A DNA stretch of 64,000 nt from Lachnospiraceae bacterium (GCA_050875145.1 JBNMLH010000006.1:41592-105591); one strand, 5' to 3'; counted from the stretch's first letter, positions 38,307-48,261 are shown. Numbers and translations: made by a program. The notes: generated by a model not told the origin, from the letters alone.

Positions 38307-40121
38307 ATGGAAAATGGAAAGTTTGATTTAAATTTGCAGGTATTAGAGCAATTACCAGAACAGTTACGAGCAAAAACCATTTATAAGCTAGGGGAGGAAA
38401 GTCCGCTTTTATGGGAAGTGATTGTAAAATACCATGGAAATTTAGCACAAAGAGGAGAAGAACTTTCGGTACAAGTAGAAGAATTGGAAAATAATGTTGC
38501 AATTGTTTTTTTAAGGCCAGAGCAATTACAAGCGTTTTCAAGATTTCCCGAAGTCGATTATATGGAATTGCCAAGACGGTTATGGTATAACCTAAATGAA
38601 AGTAAACAGGGAATTTGTTTGGATGGTTTGCAGCGTACAGGGTATCCTGCTTCAAATGCAGTTGACGCTTTAAATGGAGACGTAGGAAACAGAGATAAAA
38701 GCAATCTTTATGGAGCAGGCATCCTGATTGCCGTTATTGATTCTGGAATTGAATATGCAAATATGGATTTTAGAAATGCAGATGGAACTACCCGTATTGT
38801 TGCTTTGTGGGATCAAACGGTAGACAGTAGCACTGTAAATGAAGAAAATCAGCAATTTACCTATGGACCACCGACAGGATATATTCTGGGTACTTTATTT
38901 ACGGAAGAAATGATAAATACTGCATTACAGCAAACAGACCGACAAAGAATGTACGCTATAGTACCATCCATAGACGTTTCGGGGCATGGCACACATGTAG
39001 CTGGTATTGCCTGCGGAAATGGAAATGCCAGCAATGGAACAATTCGTGGAGTTGCTCCTCTGGCTCAAATGTTGATTGTAAAATTAGGAGATGCACAGGG
39101 AATTACATTTCCACGCACAACTCGCTTATTGGAAGCGATAGATTTTACAATAAAAACAGCAGAAGAGTTAAACATGCCGGTTGCCATTAATTTAAGTTTC
39201 GGAAATAATGCAGGCCCGCATACAGGAACGGATTTAGTTTCGGAATTTTTAAATGCAGAAGCTCTAAAATGGAAAAATGCTATTTGCATTGGTACAGGAA
39301 ATGAAGGGAATTTAGGAAGACATGCAGAGGGGAAATTAGAGGTTAGAAAAACAGAGGAAATAGAATTGGCTGTTGGGGGAGGACAGACCAGTTTTTACAT
39401 GCAATTTTGGAAAAATTATGTAGACACGTTAGAAATTGAAATACAGTCCCCTGACCGGAAAATACGGTATTTATATGAGAATGATATAGGCATTCGCTTT
39501 TTTGAATATGATGACTGCGTATTAGTAATTAACTATGGTGAGCCTTCCCCTTTTCAAACATTGCAGGAAATATATATGGAATGGATACCGCAGGGGGATG
39601 TTTTGGTAGAGGGCATTTGGACCTTTCGATTGAAACCCAATAAAGTGGTGGATGGTCGATATGATATATGGCTTCCTACTGGAAATTATGTGCAATTACA
39701 AACGCAGTTTTTAAGAAGTTCTGTGAACACTACTTTAACAACTCCGTCCAGTGGAAACCGATTGCTGACAGTGGGAGCCTATGATGAACATACAGGAGAA
39801 GTAGCTCCGTTTTCGGGAAGGGGATATACACGAAATGGGTTACAAAAACCAGATATTGTAGCACCTGGCGTTGATATTTTATCGGTAGCACCGAATAATA
39901 GTTATGCAATTCGCAGTGGTACATCTATGGCAACGCCTTTTGCAACTGGGGCGGCGGCACTTATGATGGAGTGGGGAATTGTTAGGCAGAATGATTTGTT
40001 TTTATATGGAGAAAAATTAAAGGCATATATACAAAAGGGGGCAGTGGCATTACCAGGTGAGAATGTTCCAAATAATCGGATAGGGTATGGGAGATTATGT
40101 CTTTCTAATAGTATTCCATGA
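38307..40121 (+). CDS. S8 subtilisin-like serine peptidase, Csp (germination-specific protease)-like
   Basis: ATG 38307 follows AGAGGAG. The triad is VIDSGIEY (Asp), GHGTHVAGIA (His) and SGTSMATPF (Ser), with the oxyanion Asn in NLSFGN. There is no signal peptide. The N-terminal prodomain pattern EVIVKYHGNL...VEELENNVAIVF resembles clostridial CspB/C. Confidence 0.75.
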   Translation: MENGKFDLNLQVLEQLPEQLRAKTIYKLGEESPLLWEVIVKYHGNLAQRGEELSVQVEELENNVAIVFLRPEQLQAFSRFPEVDYMELPRRLWYNLNESKQGICLDGLQRTGYPASNAVDALNGDVGNRDKSNLYGAGILIAVIDSGIEYANMDFRNADGTTRIVALWDQTVDSSTVNEENQQFTYGPPTGYILGTLFTEEMINTALQQTDRQRMYAIVPSIDVSGHGTHVAGIACGNGNASNGTIRGVAPLAQMLIVKLGDAQGITFPRTTRLLEAIDFTIKTAEELNMPVAINLSFGNNAGPHTGTDLVSEFLNAEALKWKNAICIGTGNEGNLGRHAEGKLEVRKTEEIELAVGGGQTSFYMQFWKNYVDTLEIEIQSPDRKIRYLYENDIGIRFFEYDDCVLVINYGEPSPFQTLQEIYMEWIPQGDVLVEGIWTFRLKPNKVVDGRYDIWLPTGNYVQLQTQFLRSSVNTTLTTPSSGNRLLTVGAYDEHTGEVAPFSGRGYTRNGLQKPDIVAPGVDILSVAPNNSYAIRSGTSMATPFATGAAALMMEWGIVRQNDLFLYGEKLKAYIQKGAVALPGENVPNNRIGYGRLCLSNSIP

Positions 40122-40184
40122 TGCTAACATTGCAGGAGTTTAAAGGACAAAACAATCTATAAGTTTGAAAAAACTTTATCCCAT

Positions 40185-40240
40185 AAAAAAATCCCCAAAT
40201 ATGAATTCGATTCGTGAGTTCATATTTTGAGGATTTTTTT
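40185..40240. terminator. Bidirectional terminator between the S8 peptidase and the sensor kinase
   Basis: Stem ATCCCCAAATATGAA / TTCATATTTTGAGGAT is flanked by A6 upstream and T6 downstream. Confidence 0.8.
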
Positions 40241-40256
40241 ACTCTATAGGAAAGTG
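40238..40256. repeat. 19-nt motif TTTACTCTATAGGAAAGTG (copy 1)
   Basis: It is identical to 49948-49966. In both places it directly abuts a terminator T-run. Confidence 0.7.
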
Positions 40257-40268
40257 GTTGCATAGTTC

Positions 40269-43200
40269 TTATAGATGTAAAAGCTTTTTCATTTTGTGAA
40301 GTAATACATCCATTTCAATTGGTTTTCCAATGTGTCCGTTCATACCAGCAGCTAAGGCATCTTTTTTATCCTCATCAAATGCATTTGCTGTCAAAGCTAA
40401 GATTGGAATATTCTTGGCATCGCTGCGGCTTAATTTACGGATGCGTTTTGTTGCTTCGTACCCATTTAGAACAGGCATATTAATATCCATAAGAATAAGC
40501 TGGAATGTATCCGGTGGATTATTGGAAAAGAGGTTAATCGCCTCTTCGCCGTTTGAAGCAACTGTGACGGTAGCATTTGCCATTTCCAGCATTGTTGTGG
40601 CAATTTCCGCATTGATTTCATTATCTTCCGCCATTAAGATATGGATGCCAGATAAAGTAATCGTTTCTTCGGAATTTTTTGCAGAGTTTTCCAATTGACT
40701 TTTTAATTGTTCCCGTTGTAATAAAGTCGGAATCGGAAGAGGAAGTGTAAAATAAAAGGTAGAGCCTTTTCCAATTTCGCTGTCTACTTCCAGCTTTCCA
40801 CCTAATAAATGTACAAAATCACTACTGATTGTCAGACCAAGACCAGTGCCACCATATTGATTTACAATCGTATCTTCCGCTTGTTCAAAAGCTGCAAATA
40901 TTTTTTTCTTTGCTTCCTTGGATATGCCAATACCTGTATCGGAAATTGAAAACTTTATTTCTGTAAGAGAATTTGTTTTGCTTAGTTCTTCAATTGCCAA
41001 CGTGACAGTACCATTTTCTGGTGTGAATTTTAACGCATTTCCTAAGATATTCACAAGCACTTGTGACAAACGGAGAGAGTCGCATATAATTTCGTTTGTT
41101 TCGTAGGCACGTTTAATAATAAAATTGACATTTTTTGAAAGAGCCTGTGGTCGGACGATAGAATCTACGCTATCAATAACGGTGTGTAGTAACAATGGTT
41201 CTTTGTTTACCTTCATTCTGCCGCTCTCAATCTTAGATAAATCTAAAATATCATTGATTAGGTTGAGTAGGTGATGAGAGGATAAATCAATTTTTGCAAG
41301 ACATTCTTGCACCCTTGCTGGATTATCGATGGTTTTTTGCGCAATTTCTGTCATTCCGATGATTGCATTCATTGGTGTTCGTATCTCATGCGACATATTT
41401 GACAAAAAGGAGCTTTTTGCTTGATTTGCACTGTCCGCATTTAATTTGTTCAAAGCATTATTGATGATACGGGTTGCTTCTTCAACAAAATATTTTTCTC
41501 TGTCATCCCAGTTATATTCCGCTATTTTTTTATCAAAAAAGATAATACCAAATATATTTCCCTCAGAAATTAAAGGGCAGGATAATTGTGAACCCAAATA
41601 AAACTTTTCGAGAGAGAACTCACTGACATCAATCAATTCCTTTGTATGAGGTTGGTAAAGAAGCTTTTTTAAATCAACTATTTTTGATGCAGTATATAAA
41701 TTGAAGAAATTCTTTACGTTAGAGGTGTCTAATGTATGAAATTTTATGGATAACATATCCTCTTCGTTTTTTACCCATTGGTATAGCAAAGTTGGTTTTG
41801 GTTTTTCTTCTGAAAGATTGATAATAACAATACGATCCATGTTTAAATATTTACCAACCTGTTCAATCACCATACGAATACTGCTTTTTAAATCCTTTGT
41901 ATCTTCAATCAAATCTGCCATGGTATTGAAAAAAGAGTGTTGCTCAATCCATTGCTGCAACGTGCCAGCGGCTTCAAATTTGTATTCCTTTCGGATACTT
42001 TCTTGAGAAAATTCAGCTTCCAAAGCATCTAATTCAGAAACTTTGAGTGTGAGATTTTTCATTGCTTGAGAAAGTAATTGTTTAAATGGAAGAGTATCCA
42101 CTTGAAGTTCTACTTCACAAATCAGATGTTTTACGCTTCCTTCTCCAATATACATTTTTTCCAAAGCTTTTGTAATATTTTTGGCTATAGACTCTATTTT
42201 ATCAGAAGAAGTATTTTCGGTATAGACAAGAAAAATAGCACCTTCATAGCGGCATACATAGGATGCATCTGGTGTATAAGAGCAGATAATGTCTGCAATA
42301 TTACGAAGAATCATCTCTCCAAATACATGCCCGTATGCTTGCAAGATTTTTAGGTAGTTTATAGTATTAATCAGAAGCAGGCCATGTGTATGTAAAATAT
42401 GTTCAGAGAGGCAAATCTGATCCTCTACAGCTTCATACAAATATAGTCCGGTTACTCTGTCCTGCTTTTCTTTTTCTATTTGTAATTCCTGTCTTTTCTT
42501 TTCTAAAGTAATATCGCGAAGTCTTCCTACGATGGAACGAAGCTCACCAGCTTCATTTGTACAACTCTTTCCTTCGTAAAGCATCCAACAGTCTGTTTCC
42601 AAACCATTTTTGTCGAGTGTTTTATAATAAATTTCAGAAGGAGAATGTAATTGTCCTTTCATTAGCTTCTGAAACGCCCGCATAAGAGTATGAGAGCCCT
42701 TAAAATCAGATTTAATATAGGATTTAAAATTTTCAATTATAAAATCATCTGACATTGCATCGGAAAAAGGAGGAAATGTCGTAGTAGCAGAAAAGCGGTC
42801 TGCTTCCAAATCATATTCAATGATAATATCTGAAGTGCTCTCTACTGCGATACGAAAACGTTCTTTTTCCTTTGTAACAACATCAATTAAATTTGTTTGT
42901 AAGGAAAGGTATTCGTCAATACGTTTTAAAAAGTAAAACAATGCTATGAATACAATGCCAAATTCGAATGTTAGTCCAATTGAATAGCCGATAAATGCCC
43001 GTGTACTGTTTGAATATTGTTTATAGTAGAGTAATTCATAGTACATGTGTGTACTGAAAAATAGAGATATAATCATAGAAACATATTCCACAGCGCTAAC
43101 CAGCAAAGTCAACTTTTTATTGAAATATAAGCAACTGATTGCTGGAGCAAAAGCATACATCAACCATACAGGCATACCGCATTGAAAAGAAATAATACTA

Positions 43201-43472
43201 ATCATTACGGAAAATACTGTCATAGTATAATACATAAATAATTTGCTGTATCTTTTTGATAAATAGAGAAAAATCGGTATTGCATCAAAAAAGATAGAAA
43301 TAAAAATTAATATGCAAATAAAACTGGACTGAAAGTTAAAAATATGGAAGTAATTCAATACAACCGCGATTGGGATACAAGGAAATGAAAATAGTAAAAT
43401 AAAAAATACCAAACGATTTACATACGCAAGATTGCGTTCCTTGAATTTGAGTAATTCTTCCTTTGAATTCAT
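40269..43472 (-). CDS. Hybrid sensor histidine kinase/response regulator (multi-TM, PAS, degenerate GGDEF, GAF, HisKA, HATPase and REC)
   Basis: 1067 aa with a GGGAGG RBS. The H-box is FLSNMSHEIRTPMNAIIG, the ATPase boxes are NALKFTP, DTGIGIS and GGTGLGLTIS, and the receiver has ILMAEDNEINAEI...LILMDINMP. The GGDEF-fold segment carries RYEGAIF in place of RxGGDEF. Confidence 0.88.
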   Translation of the reverse strand: MNSKEELLKFKERNLAYVNRLVFFILLFSFPCIPIAVVLNYFHIFNFQSSFICILIFISIFFDAIPIFLYLSKRYSKLFMYYTMTVFSVMISIISFQCGMPVWLMYAFAPAISCLYFNKKLTLLVSAVEYVSMIISLFFSTHMYYELLYYKQYSNSTRAFIGYSIGLTFEFGIVFIALFYFLKRIDEYLSLQTNLIDVVTKEKERFRIAVESTSDIIIEYDLEADRFSATTTFPPFSDAMSDDFIIENFKSYIKSDFKGSHTLMRAFQKLMKGQLHSPSEIYYKTLDKNGLETDCWMLYEGKSCTNEAGELRSIVGRLRDITLEKKRQELQIEKEKQDRVTGLYLYEAVEDQICLSEHILHTHGLLLINTINYLKILQAYGHVFGEMILRNIADIICSYTPDASYVCRYEGAIFLVYTENTSSDKIESIAKNITKALEKMYIGEGSVKHLICEVELQVDTLPFKQLLSQAMKNLTLKVSELDALEAEFSQESIRKEYKFEAAGTLQQWIEQHSFFNTMADLIEDTKDLKSSIRMVIEQVGKYLNMDRIVIINLSEEKPKPTLLYQWVKNEEDMLSIKFHTLDTSNVKNFFNLYTASKIVDLKKLLYQPHTKELIDVSEFSLEKFYLGSQLSCPLISEGNIFGIIFFDKKIAEYNWDDREKYFVEEATRIINNALNKLNADSANQAKSSFLSNMSHEIRTPMNAIIGMTEIAQKTIDNPARVQECLAKIDLSSHHLLNLINDILDLSKIESGRMKVNKEPLLLHTVIDSVDSIVRPQALSKNVNFIIKRAYETNEIICDSLRLSQVLVNILGNALKFTPENGTVTLAIEELSKTNSLTEIKFSISDTGIGISKEAKKKIFAAFEQAEDTIVNQYGGTGLGLTISSDFVHLLGGKLEVDSEIGKGSTFYFTLPLPIPTLLQREQLKSQLENSAKNSEETITLSGIHILMAEDNEINAEIATTMLEMANATVTVASNGEEAINLFSNNPPDTFQLILMDINMPVLNGYEATKRIRKLSRSDAKNIPILALTANAFDEDKKDALAAGMNGHIGKPIEMDVLLHKMKKLLHL

Positions 43473-43880
43473 AGCTACACCTCCCTTGTTTTATTTGTTT
43501 AGCCTATAGAAATGCATAGTAAAACAAATGTTACCTGCAATAAAAATTTTAACTGTTACAACTTGTCCAATCAAATGGAATTTTGTTTTTGTGTGTTTTT
43601 AATAACTTTACTTCATTATACATGTATATACCAAAAAGGGCAAGAGGTATGAAAAAATTATTTTACATTTAAAAAGTGCAGTATCAGAAAAAAGAAAAAC
43701 GTTCTTTTCCTGTTACTGTTCACGGACCTTTGAACTGTAACCTTTTCCTTGCCTTTATACAGGATAAATCAAAATAAAGCATTGAATTTTTGAATTAAAT
43801 AGAGTATGCTATAAATAAGTTTGCACATTTTGCAGTGAAAACTTGTAACAGAGAAAAATACAGTAGTAAAGGAGAAAAGT

Positions 43881-44594
43881 ATGCAGACATTGTCACTTGA
43901 AAAGGAATTAAAAGAAAATTCATATCCTGGAAGAGGGATTATAATTGGAAAGTCAAAAAACGGAAAGTATGCAGTTACAGCCTATTTCATCATGGGTAGA
44001 AGTGAGAACAGCAGAAACCGTGTCTTTGTTGAAGATGGAGAAGGAATTCGTACACAGGCTTTTGATCCTTCTAAGCTTAGTGATCCAAGTCTTATTATTT
44101 ATGCACCAGTTCGTGTGTTAGGAAATCATACTATCGTTACAAATGGAGATCAGACAGATACGATTTATGAATTAATGGATAAGCAACAAACTTTCGAACA
44201 GGCACTTCGCACAAGAGAATTTGAGCCGGATGCACCAAATTATACACCTAGAATTTCTGGTCTTATGCATGTGGCAGATGGAAAGTTCGATTATGCCATG
44301 TCTATTTTGAAAAGCAATAATGGAAATGGAGAGGCTTGCAATCGCTATACATACAATTATGAAAATCCAATTGATGGAGAAGGTCGTTTTATTCATACCT
44401 ATATGTGTGACGGAAATCCATTGCCAAGTTTTGAGGGTGAACCAAAGGTAGTGGAGATTGCTGATGATATGGATGCATTTGCAGATATGTTATGGAATAG
44501 CTTGAATGAGGACAACAAGGTGTCTTTATTTGTTCGTTATATTGATATTACTACTGGGAAATATAAATCTAAAATTATTAATAAAAATAAATAG
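43881..44594 (+). CDS. purO: IMP cyclohydrolase, PurO (archaeal) type
   Basis: 237 aa. YPGRGIIIGKSKNGKYAVTAYFIMGRSENSRNRVF matches the PurO-type IMP cyclohydrolase family. It lies directly upstream of an AICARFT-only purH. Confidence 0.8.
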   Translation: MQTLSLEKELKENSYPGRGIIIGKSKNGKYAVTAYFIMGRSENSRNRVFVEDGEGIRTQAFDPSKLSDPSLIIYAPVRVLGNHTIVTNGDQTDTIYELMDKQQTFEQALRTREFEPDAPNYTPRISGLMHVADGKFDYAMSILKSNNGNGEACNRYTYNYENPIDGEGRFIHTYMCDGNPLPSFEGEPKVVEIADDMDAFADMLWNSLNEDNKVSLFVRYIDITTGKYKSKIINKNK

Positions 44595-44700
44595 TTACAA
44601 TATGATAGTTACGAAAAACTGCAAAAGGAATAGTTGGCAGGATTGCTGGATAAAATAGAAAGTGTCCTGTATTCCAGGCGAAAAGAACGGAGAGATGATC

Positions 44701-45876
44701 ATGAAAGAATTAGAATTAAAATATGGATGTAACCCAAATCAGAAACCATCAAAGATTTATGTTAAGGAAGGAGAACTTCCAATTAAAGTATTGAATGGTA
44801 AACCGGGATACATCAATTTTTTGGATGCATTTAATGGTTGGCAGTTAGTGAAGGAATTAAAAAAGGCAACAGGACTTCCAGCGGCAACATCCTTTAAACA
44901 TGTATCACCAGCAGGAGCAGCAGTTGGACTTCCTTTGACAGAGACAGAAGCTAAGATTTACTGGGTAGATGATTTAGGTGAGTTATCTGCATTGGCAGCA
45001 GCATACGCAAGAGCTAGAGGTGCAGATCGTATGTCATCTTATGGTGATTTTATTGCGTTGTCTGATGTTTGTGATGTTTCTACAGCTAAGATTATTAAGA
45101 GAGAATTTTCAGATGGCATTATTGCACCTGGATATGAGCCGGAAGCATTAGAATTATTAAAAGATAAAAAGAAGGGCAGTTATGCTATTATAGAGATTGA
45201 TCCTGAATATGTTCCAAATCCCGTAGAGCATAAAGAAGTATTTGGTATTACTTTTGAGCAGGGAAGAAATGAATTAAATATTGACAAGAATTTCTTTGAA
45301 AATATCGTTACAGAAAATAAAGACCTTCCTGAATCTGCTAAGATTGACATGGCAGTAGCTATGATTACATTGAAATATACACAGTCTAATTCTGTGTGTT
45401 TCGTAAAGAATGGACAGGCAATTGGTGTTGGAGCAGGACAGCAGTCAAGAATCCACTGTACAAGATTGGCAGGAACAAAGGCAGATAATTGGTTTCTTCG
45501 TCAGTCTCCACAGGTTATGAACCTTCCTTTTAAAGAAGGTATGAAACGTGCGAATAGAGACAATGCAATTGATCTTTACATGGGTGAGGATTACATGGAT
45601 GTATTAGCAGACGGTAAGTGGGAAGAAATCTTTACAGAAAAGCCTCCTGTATTTACAAAGGAAGAAAAAGAAGCTTGGTTAGCAAAGAATACAGGCGTGA
45701 CATGTGGTTCTGATGCATTTTTCCCATTTGATGATAATGTAGAACGTGCATTCCGCAGTGGCGTTTCCTATATTGCACAGCCAGGTGGTTCTATTCGTGA
45801 TCAGGATGTAATTGATGCATGTAACAGACATAATATTGTGATGAGCTTTACAGGTATTCGTTTGTTCCATCACTAA
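44701..45876 (+). CDS. purH: AICAR formyltransferase (PurH transformylase domain only)
   Basis: It starts [16 protein letters not shown], has [15 protein letters not shown], and ends FTGIRLFHH. There is no MGS-like cyclohydrolase domain. ATG 44695 is an alternative start. Confidence 0.88.
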   Translation: MKELELKYGCNPNQKPSKIYVKEGELPIKVLNGKPGYINFLDAFNGWQLVKELKKATGLPAATSFKHVSPAGAAVGLPLTETEAKIYWVDDLGELSALAAAYARARGADRMSSYGDFIALSDVCDVSTAKIIKREFSDGIIAPGYEPEALELLKDKKKGSYAIIEIDPEYVPNPVEHKEVFGITFEQGRNELNIDKNFFENIVTENKDLPESAKIDMAVAMITLKYTQSNSVCFVKNGQAIGVGAGQQSRIHCTRLAGTKADNWFLRQSPQVMNLPFKEGMKRANRDNAIDLYMGEDYMDVLADGKWEEIFTEKPPVFTKEEKEAWLAKNTGVTCGSDAFFPFDDNVERAFRSGVSYIAQPGGSIRDQDVIDACNRHNIVMSFTGIRLFHH

Positions 45877-45951
45877 AATGTAATGATACTAAGGTCAAAA
45901 GGCAATATAGCCTTTGGTACTAATATCATGAAGAATAGAATAATAAAAGTA

Positions 45952-45983
45952 GCAAGCCACAGAAGTTTCTGTGGCTTGTATTT
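45952..45983 (+). terminator. Hairpin terminator after purH
   Basis: Stem CAAGCCACAG / CTGTGGCTTG is followed by TATTT. Confidence 0.6.
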
Positions 45984-46088
45984 ACGAGTGTAATAAGCCA
46001 AAGTTTACGCTTGCGTGGAACCTTGGTGATGATCGCTAAACTATCGAAACTCACAAGGCGTGTTTTTATAGTTTGAAAGGGGTAAAAT

Positions 46089-48023
46089 ATGAAACATTTA
46101 TTTCGAGTGGCAGCAATATCACCAAGGGTGCATATTGGAAATGTGGAAAAAAATTGTGAGGAAATTTTAAAGTTTTATAAAGAGTATGTAGCAAAGGCAG
46201 ACTTACTTGTGACTCCAGAATTATCTATGACAGGTTATACTTGTCAGGATTTATTTTTTAATCAGAATTTGCTTGTTTCCGTAAAAAAGCAACTGGTAGG
46301 GTTGGCTAAGGTAACAAAAGAATATGGAAAGCAGGGTGCTGCACTTATTGTAGGTTTTCCTTTTGAAAAAGATGGAGAACTATTTAATTGTGCAGCATTA
46401 TTGCATAATGGAGAAATCGTAGCAATAATTCCTAAGACATATCTTCCAAATTATGGAGAATTTTACGAGAAACGATGGTTTAGTGCCAGAACAATAGAAG
46501 CAACGCGAATACAGGTAGAGGAGATGGCTTCTGTTTTGTTTGGAAATCGTGTCATTATTACGATGGGAGATGGAGAAGAGACTGTCAAATTAGGTGTTGA
46601 AATTTGTGAAGATGCATGGGCACCAGTTTCGCCAGGCAGATTGCTTGCGATACAGGGAGCTGAAATTATTGTAAATATATCTGCATCAAATGAAGTAATT
46701 GGAAAAGCAGAATATCGTAGAAAGCTTGTTTCTGGTATATCGTCAAGTTGTATATGTGGATATGTATATGTTTCAGCGGGCAGGTATGAATCCACATCAG
46801 ATTTAGTATTTAGCGGTCATAATCTGATGTATGAGAATGGAAAACAATTAGGAGAGCAAAAACCATTTCAAAATGATGTGTTAATAAAAGACTTTCAGAT
46901 GACAAAAATTCGTCATGACCGATTAGCAAATAAGTCTTTTGCGGATAATAAAAGACAATTGTTGGCAGATGCATACGAAAATGTTTACTGTGAAAAATCC
47001 TTTATGAAAAAAGAAACATTATATGCACATGTACCGATTACTCCATTTGTGCCATCGCATAATGTGCTGGAGCGTTGTTTGTCAATTTTTGAAATGCAGG
47101 TAGCAGGATTGCAGAGAAGAATAGAAACTACGCATTGCAAGTGTATTGTAGTAGGGGTATCGGGCGGTCTTGATTCCACCTTGGCACTTTTAGTATCTGC
47201 ACAGGCAGTAAGAAATCTGGGATTGCCTTCCCATACATTGGTTGGTATTACCATGCCTGGTTTTGGAACAACCCAAAGAACAAAAAGTAATTCTACCAAG
47301 CTTATGGAGTTTTTAGGATGTGACATTCGGGAGATTAGCATTGTAGATTCTGTTCGTCAACATTTTGCAGACATAGGGCATGATGAGGCAATTAAGGATA
47401 TCACTTATGAAAATTGTCAGGCAAGAGAGCGTACACAAATTTTGATGGATGTAGCTAATAAGGAAGGCGGCTTTGTAATTGGAACAGGCGACCTTTCAGA
47501 ATTGGCATTGGGATGGTGTACTTACAATGGAGATCATATGAGTATGTATGCGGTAAACACAAGTATTCCAAAGACTTTAGTTCGTACATTAGTAGATGAA
47601 GTAGGACATTTTATGGCACAGAATGGATTTTCGGGTATGGAAGAAGTGATTGAGGACATTATTGATACACCAGTCAGTCCGGAATTATTGCCTCCAAATG
47701 AGGATGGAACCATTGCCCAAAAAACAGAGGATACGGTAGGTTCGTATATATTACACGATTTCTTTTTATATTATACCTTGCGTTATGGTATGGAACCATC
47801 TGAAATCATTGCATTATGTAAGATGGCGGTGGAGCAAAATGAGGAATATAAATTTAGCGAGGAAGAAATTGTTAAATGGTTGAACGTATTTTATACACGT
47901 TTCTTCCGTCAACAATTTAAACGTAATTGTATGCCGGATGGAGTGAAGGTAGGAACCGTATCGGTAAGTCCTCGTGGAGATTTGAGATTGCCATCTGAAA
48001 TTGAGTTTGATGAATATTTATAA
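46089..48023 (+). CDS. nadE: Glutamine-dependent NAD(+) synthetase (long form)
   Basis: 644 aa. The N-terminal nitrilase-like domain has TPELSMTGY and CEDAW. The synthetase domain has the PP-loop GVSGGLDST. Confidence 0.9.
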   Translation: MKHLFRVAAISPRVHIGNVEKNCEEILKFYKEYVAKADLLVTPELSMTGYTCQDLFFNQNLLVSVKKQLVGLAKVTKEYGKQGAALIVGFPFEKDGELFNCAALLHNGEIVAIIPKTYLPNYGEFYEKRWFSARTIEATRIQVEEMASVLFGNRVIITMGDGEETVKLGVEICEDAWAPVSPGRLLAIQGAEIIVNISASNEVIGKAEYRRKLVSGISSSCICGYVYVSAGRYESTSDLVFSGHNLMYENGKQLGEQKPFQNDVLIKDFQMTKIRHDRLANKSFADNKRQLLADAYENVYCEKSFMKKETLYAHVPITPFVPSHNVLERCLSIFEMQVAGLQRRIETTHCKCIVVGVSGGLDSTLALLVSAQAVRNLGLPSHTLVGITMPGFGTTQRTKSNSTKLMEFLGCDIREISIVDSVRQHFADIGHDEAIKDITYENCQARERTQILMDVANKEGGFVIGTGDLSELALGWCTYNGDHMSMYAVNTSIPKTLVRTLVDEVGHFMAQNGFSGMEEVIEDIIDTPVSPELLPPNEDGTIAQKTEDTVGSYILHDFFLYYTLRYGMEPSEIIALCKMAVEQNEEYKFSEEEIVKWLNVFYTRFFRQQFKRNCMPDGVKVGTVSVSPRGDLRLPSEIEFDEYL

Positions 48024-48032
48024 AAGTTCAAA

Positions 48033-48062
48033 AAAACTCACTTCCTTTAGGTGGTGGGTTTT
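48033..48062 (+). terminator. Weak hairpin terminator after nadE
   Basis: Stem AAAACTCAC / GTGGGTTTT has one G-U pair. The T-run is part of the stem. Confidence 0.4.
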
Positions 48063-48188
48063 CTTGAACCGGGGTGCAGGGAGAGGCTCTGTACCTTGTA
48101 AGACACGTAGTGCCGCCTTTATATGAGCAAGTAGCGAAGCGGATTGCGGACATTATTGACGGTAAATGAATAGATTGTATTTGTTTGC

Positions 48189-48241
48189 ATCAACGAAGTA
48201 ATTGAAAAAAAGAAATCAATTACTCCGTTGATTTTTTTTTA
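48189..48241 (+). terminator. Strong orphan rho-independent terminator in the nadE-eno intergenic region
   Basis: A 17-nt stem ATCAACGAAGTAATTGA / TCAATTACTCCGTTGAT (16 of 17 paired) is followed by T9. No ORF precedes it. Confidence 0.7.
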
Positions 48242-48261
48242 TAGATTTGTTATTCTGTATG

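Noticed and set aside
43473-43880. A search for a purine riboswitch, a ZTP (pfl) riboswitch or a PurR box upstream of purO/purH.
   Set aside because: I found no match to the guanine/adenine aptamer core, to the ZTP GGGTCGTGAC...CCGCCTGGG-type elements, or to a convincing PurBox pair. The region looks like plain AT-rich promoter DNA.
48063-48188. The GC-richer 125-nt block upstream of the strong orphan terminator, considered as a gene fragment or pseudogene.
   Set aside because: My hand translation in all frames hits stops within about 20-35 codons and resembles nothing I recognise. It is retained only as part of the intergenic finding.
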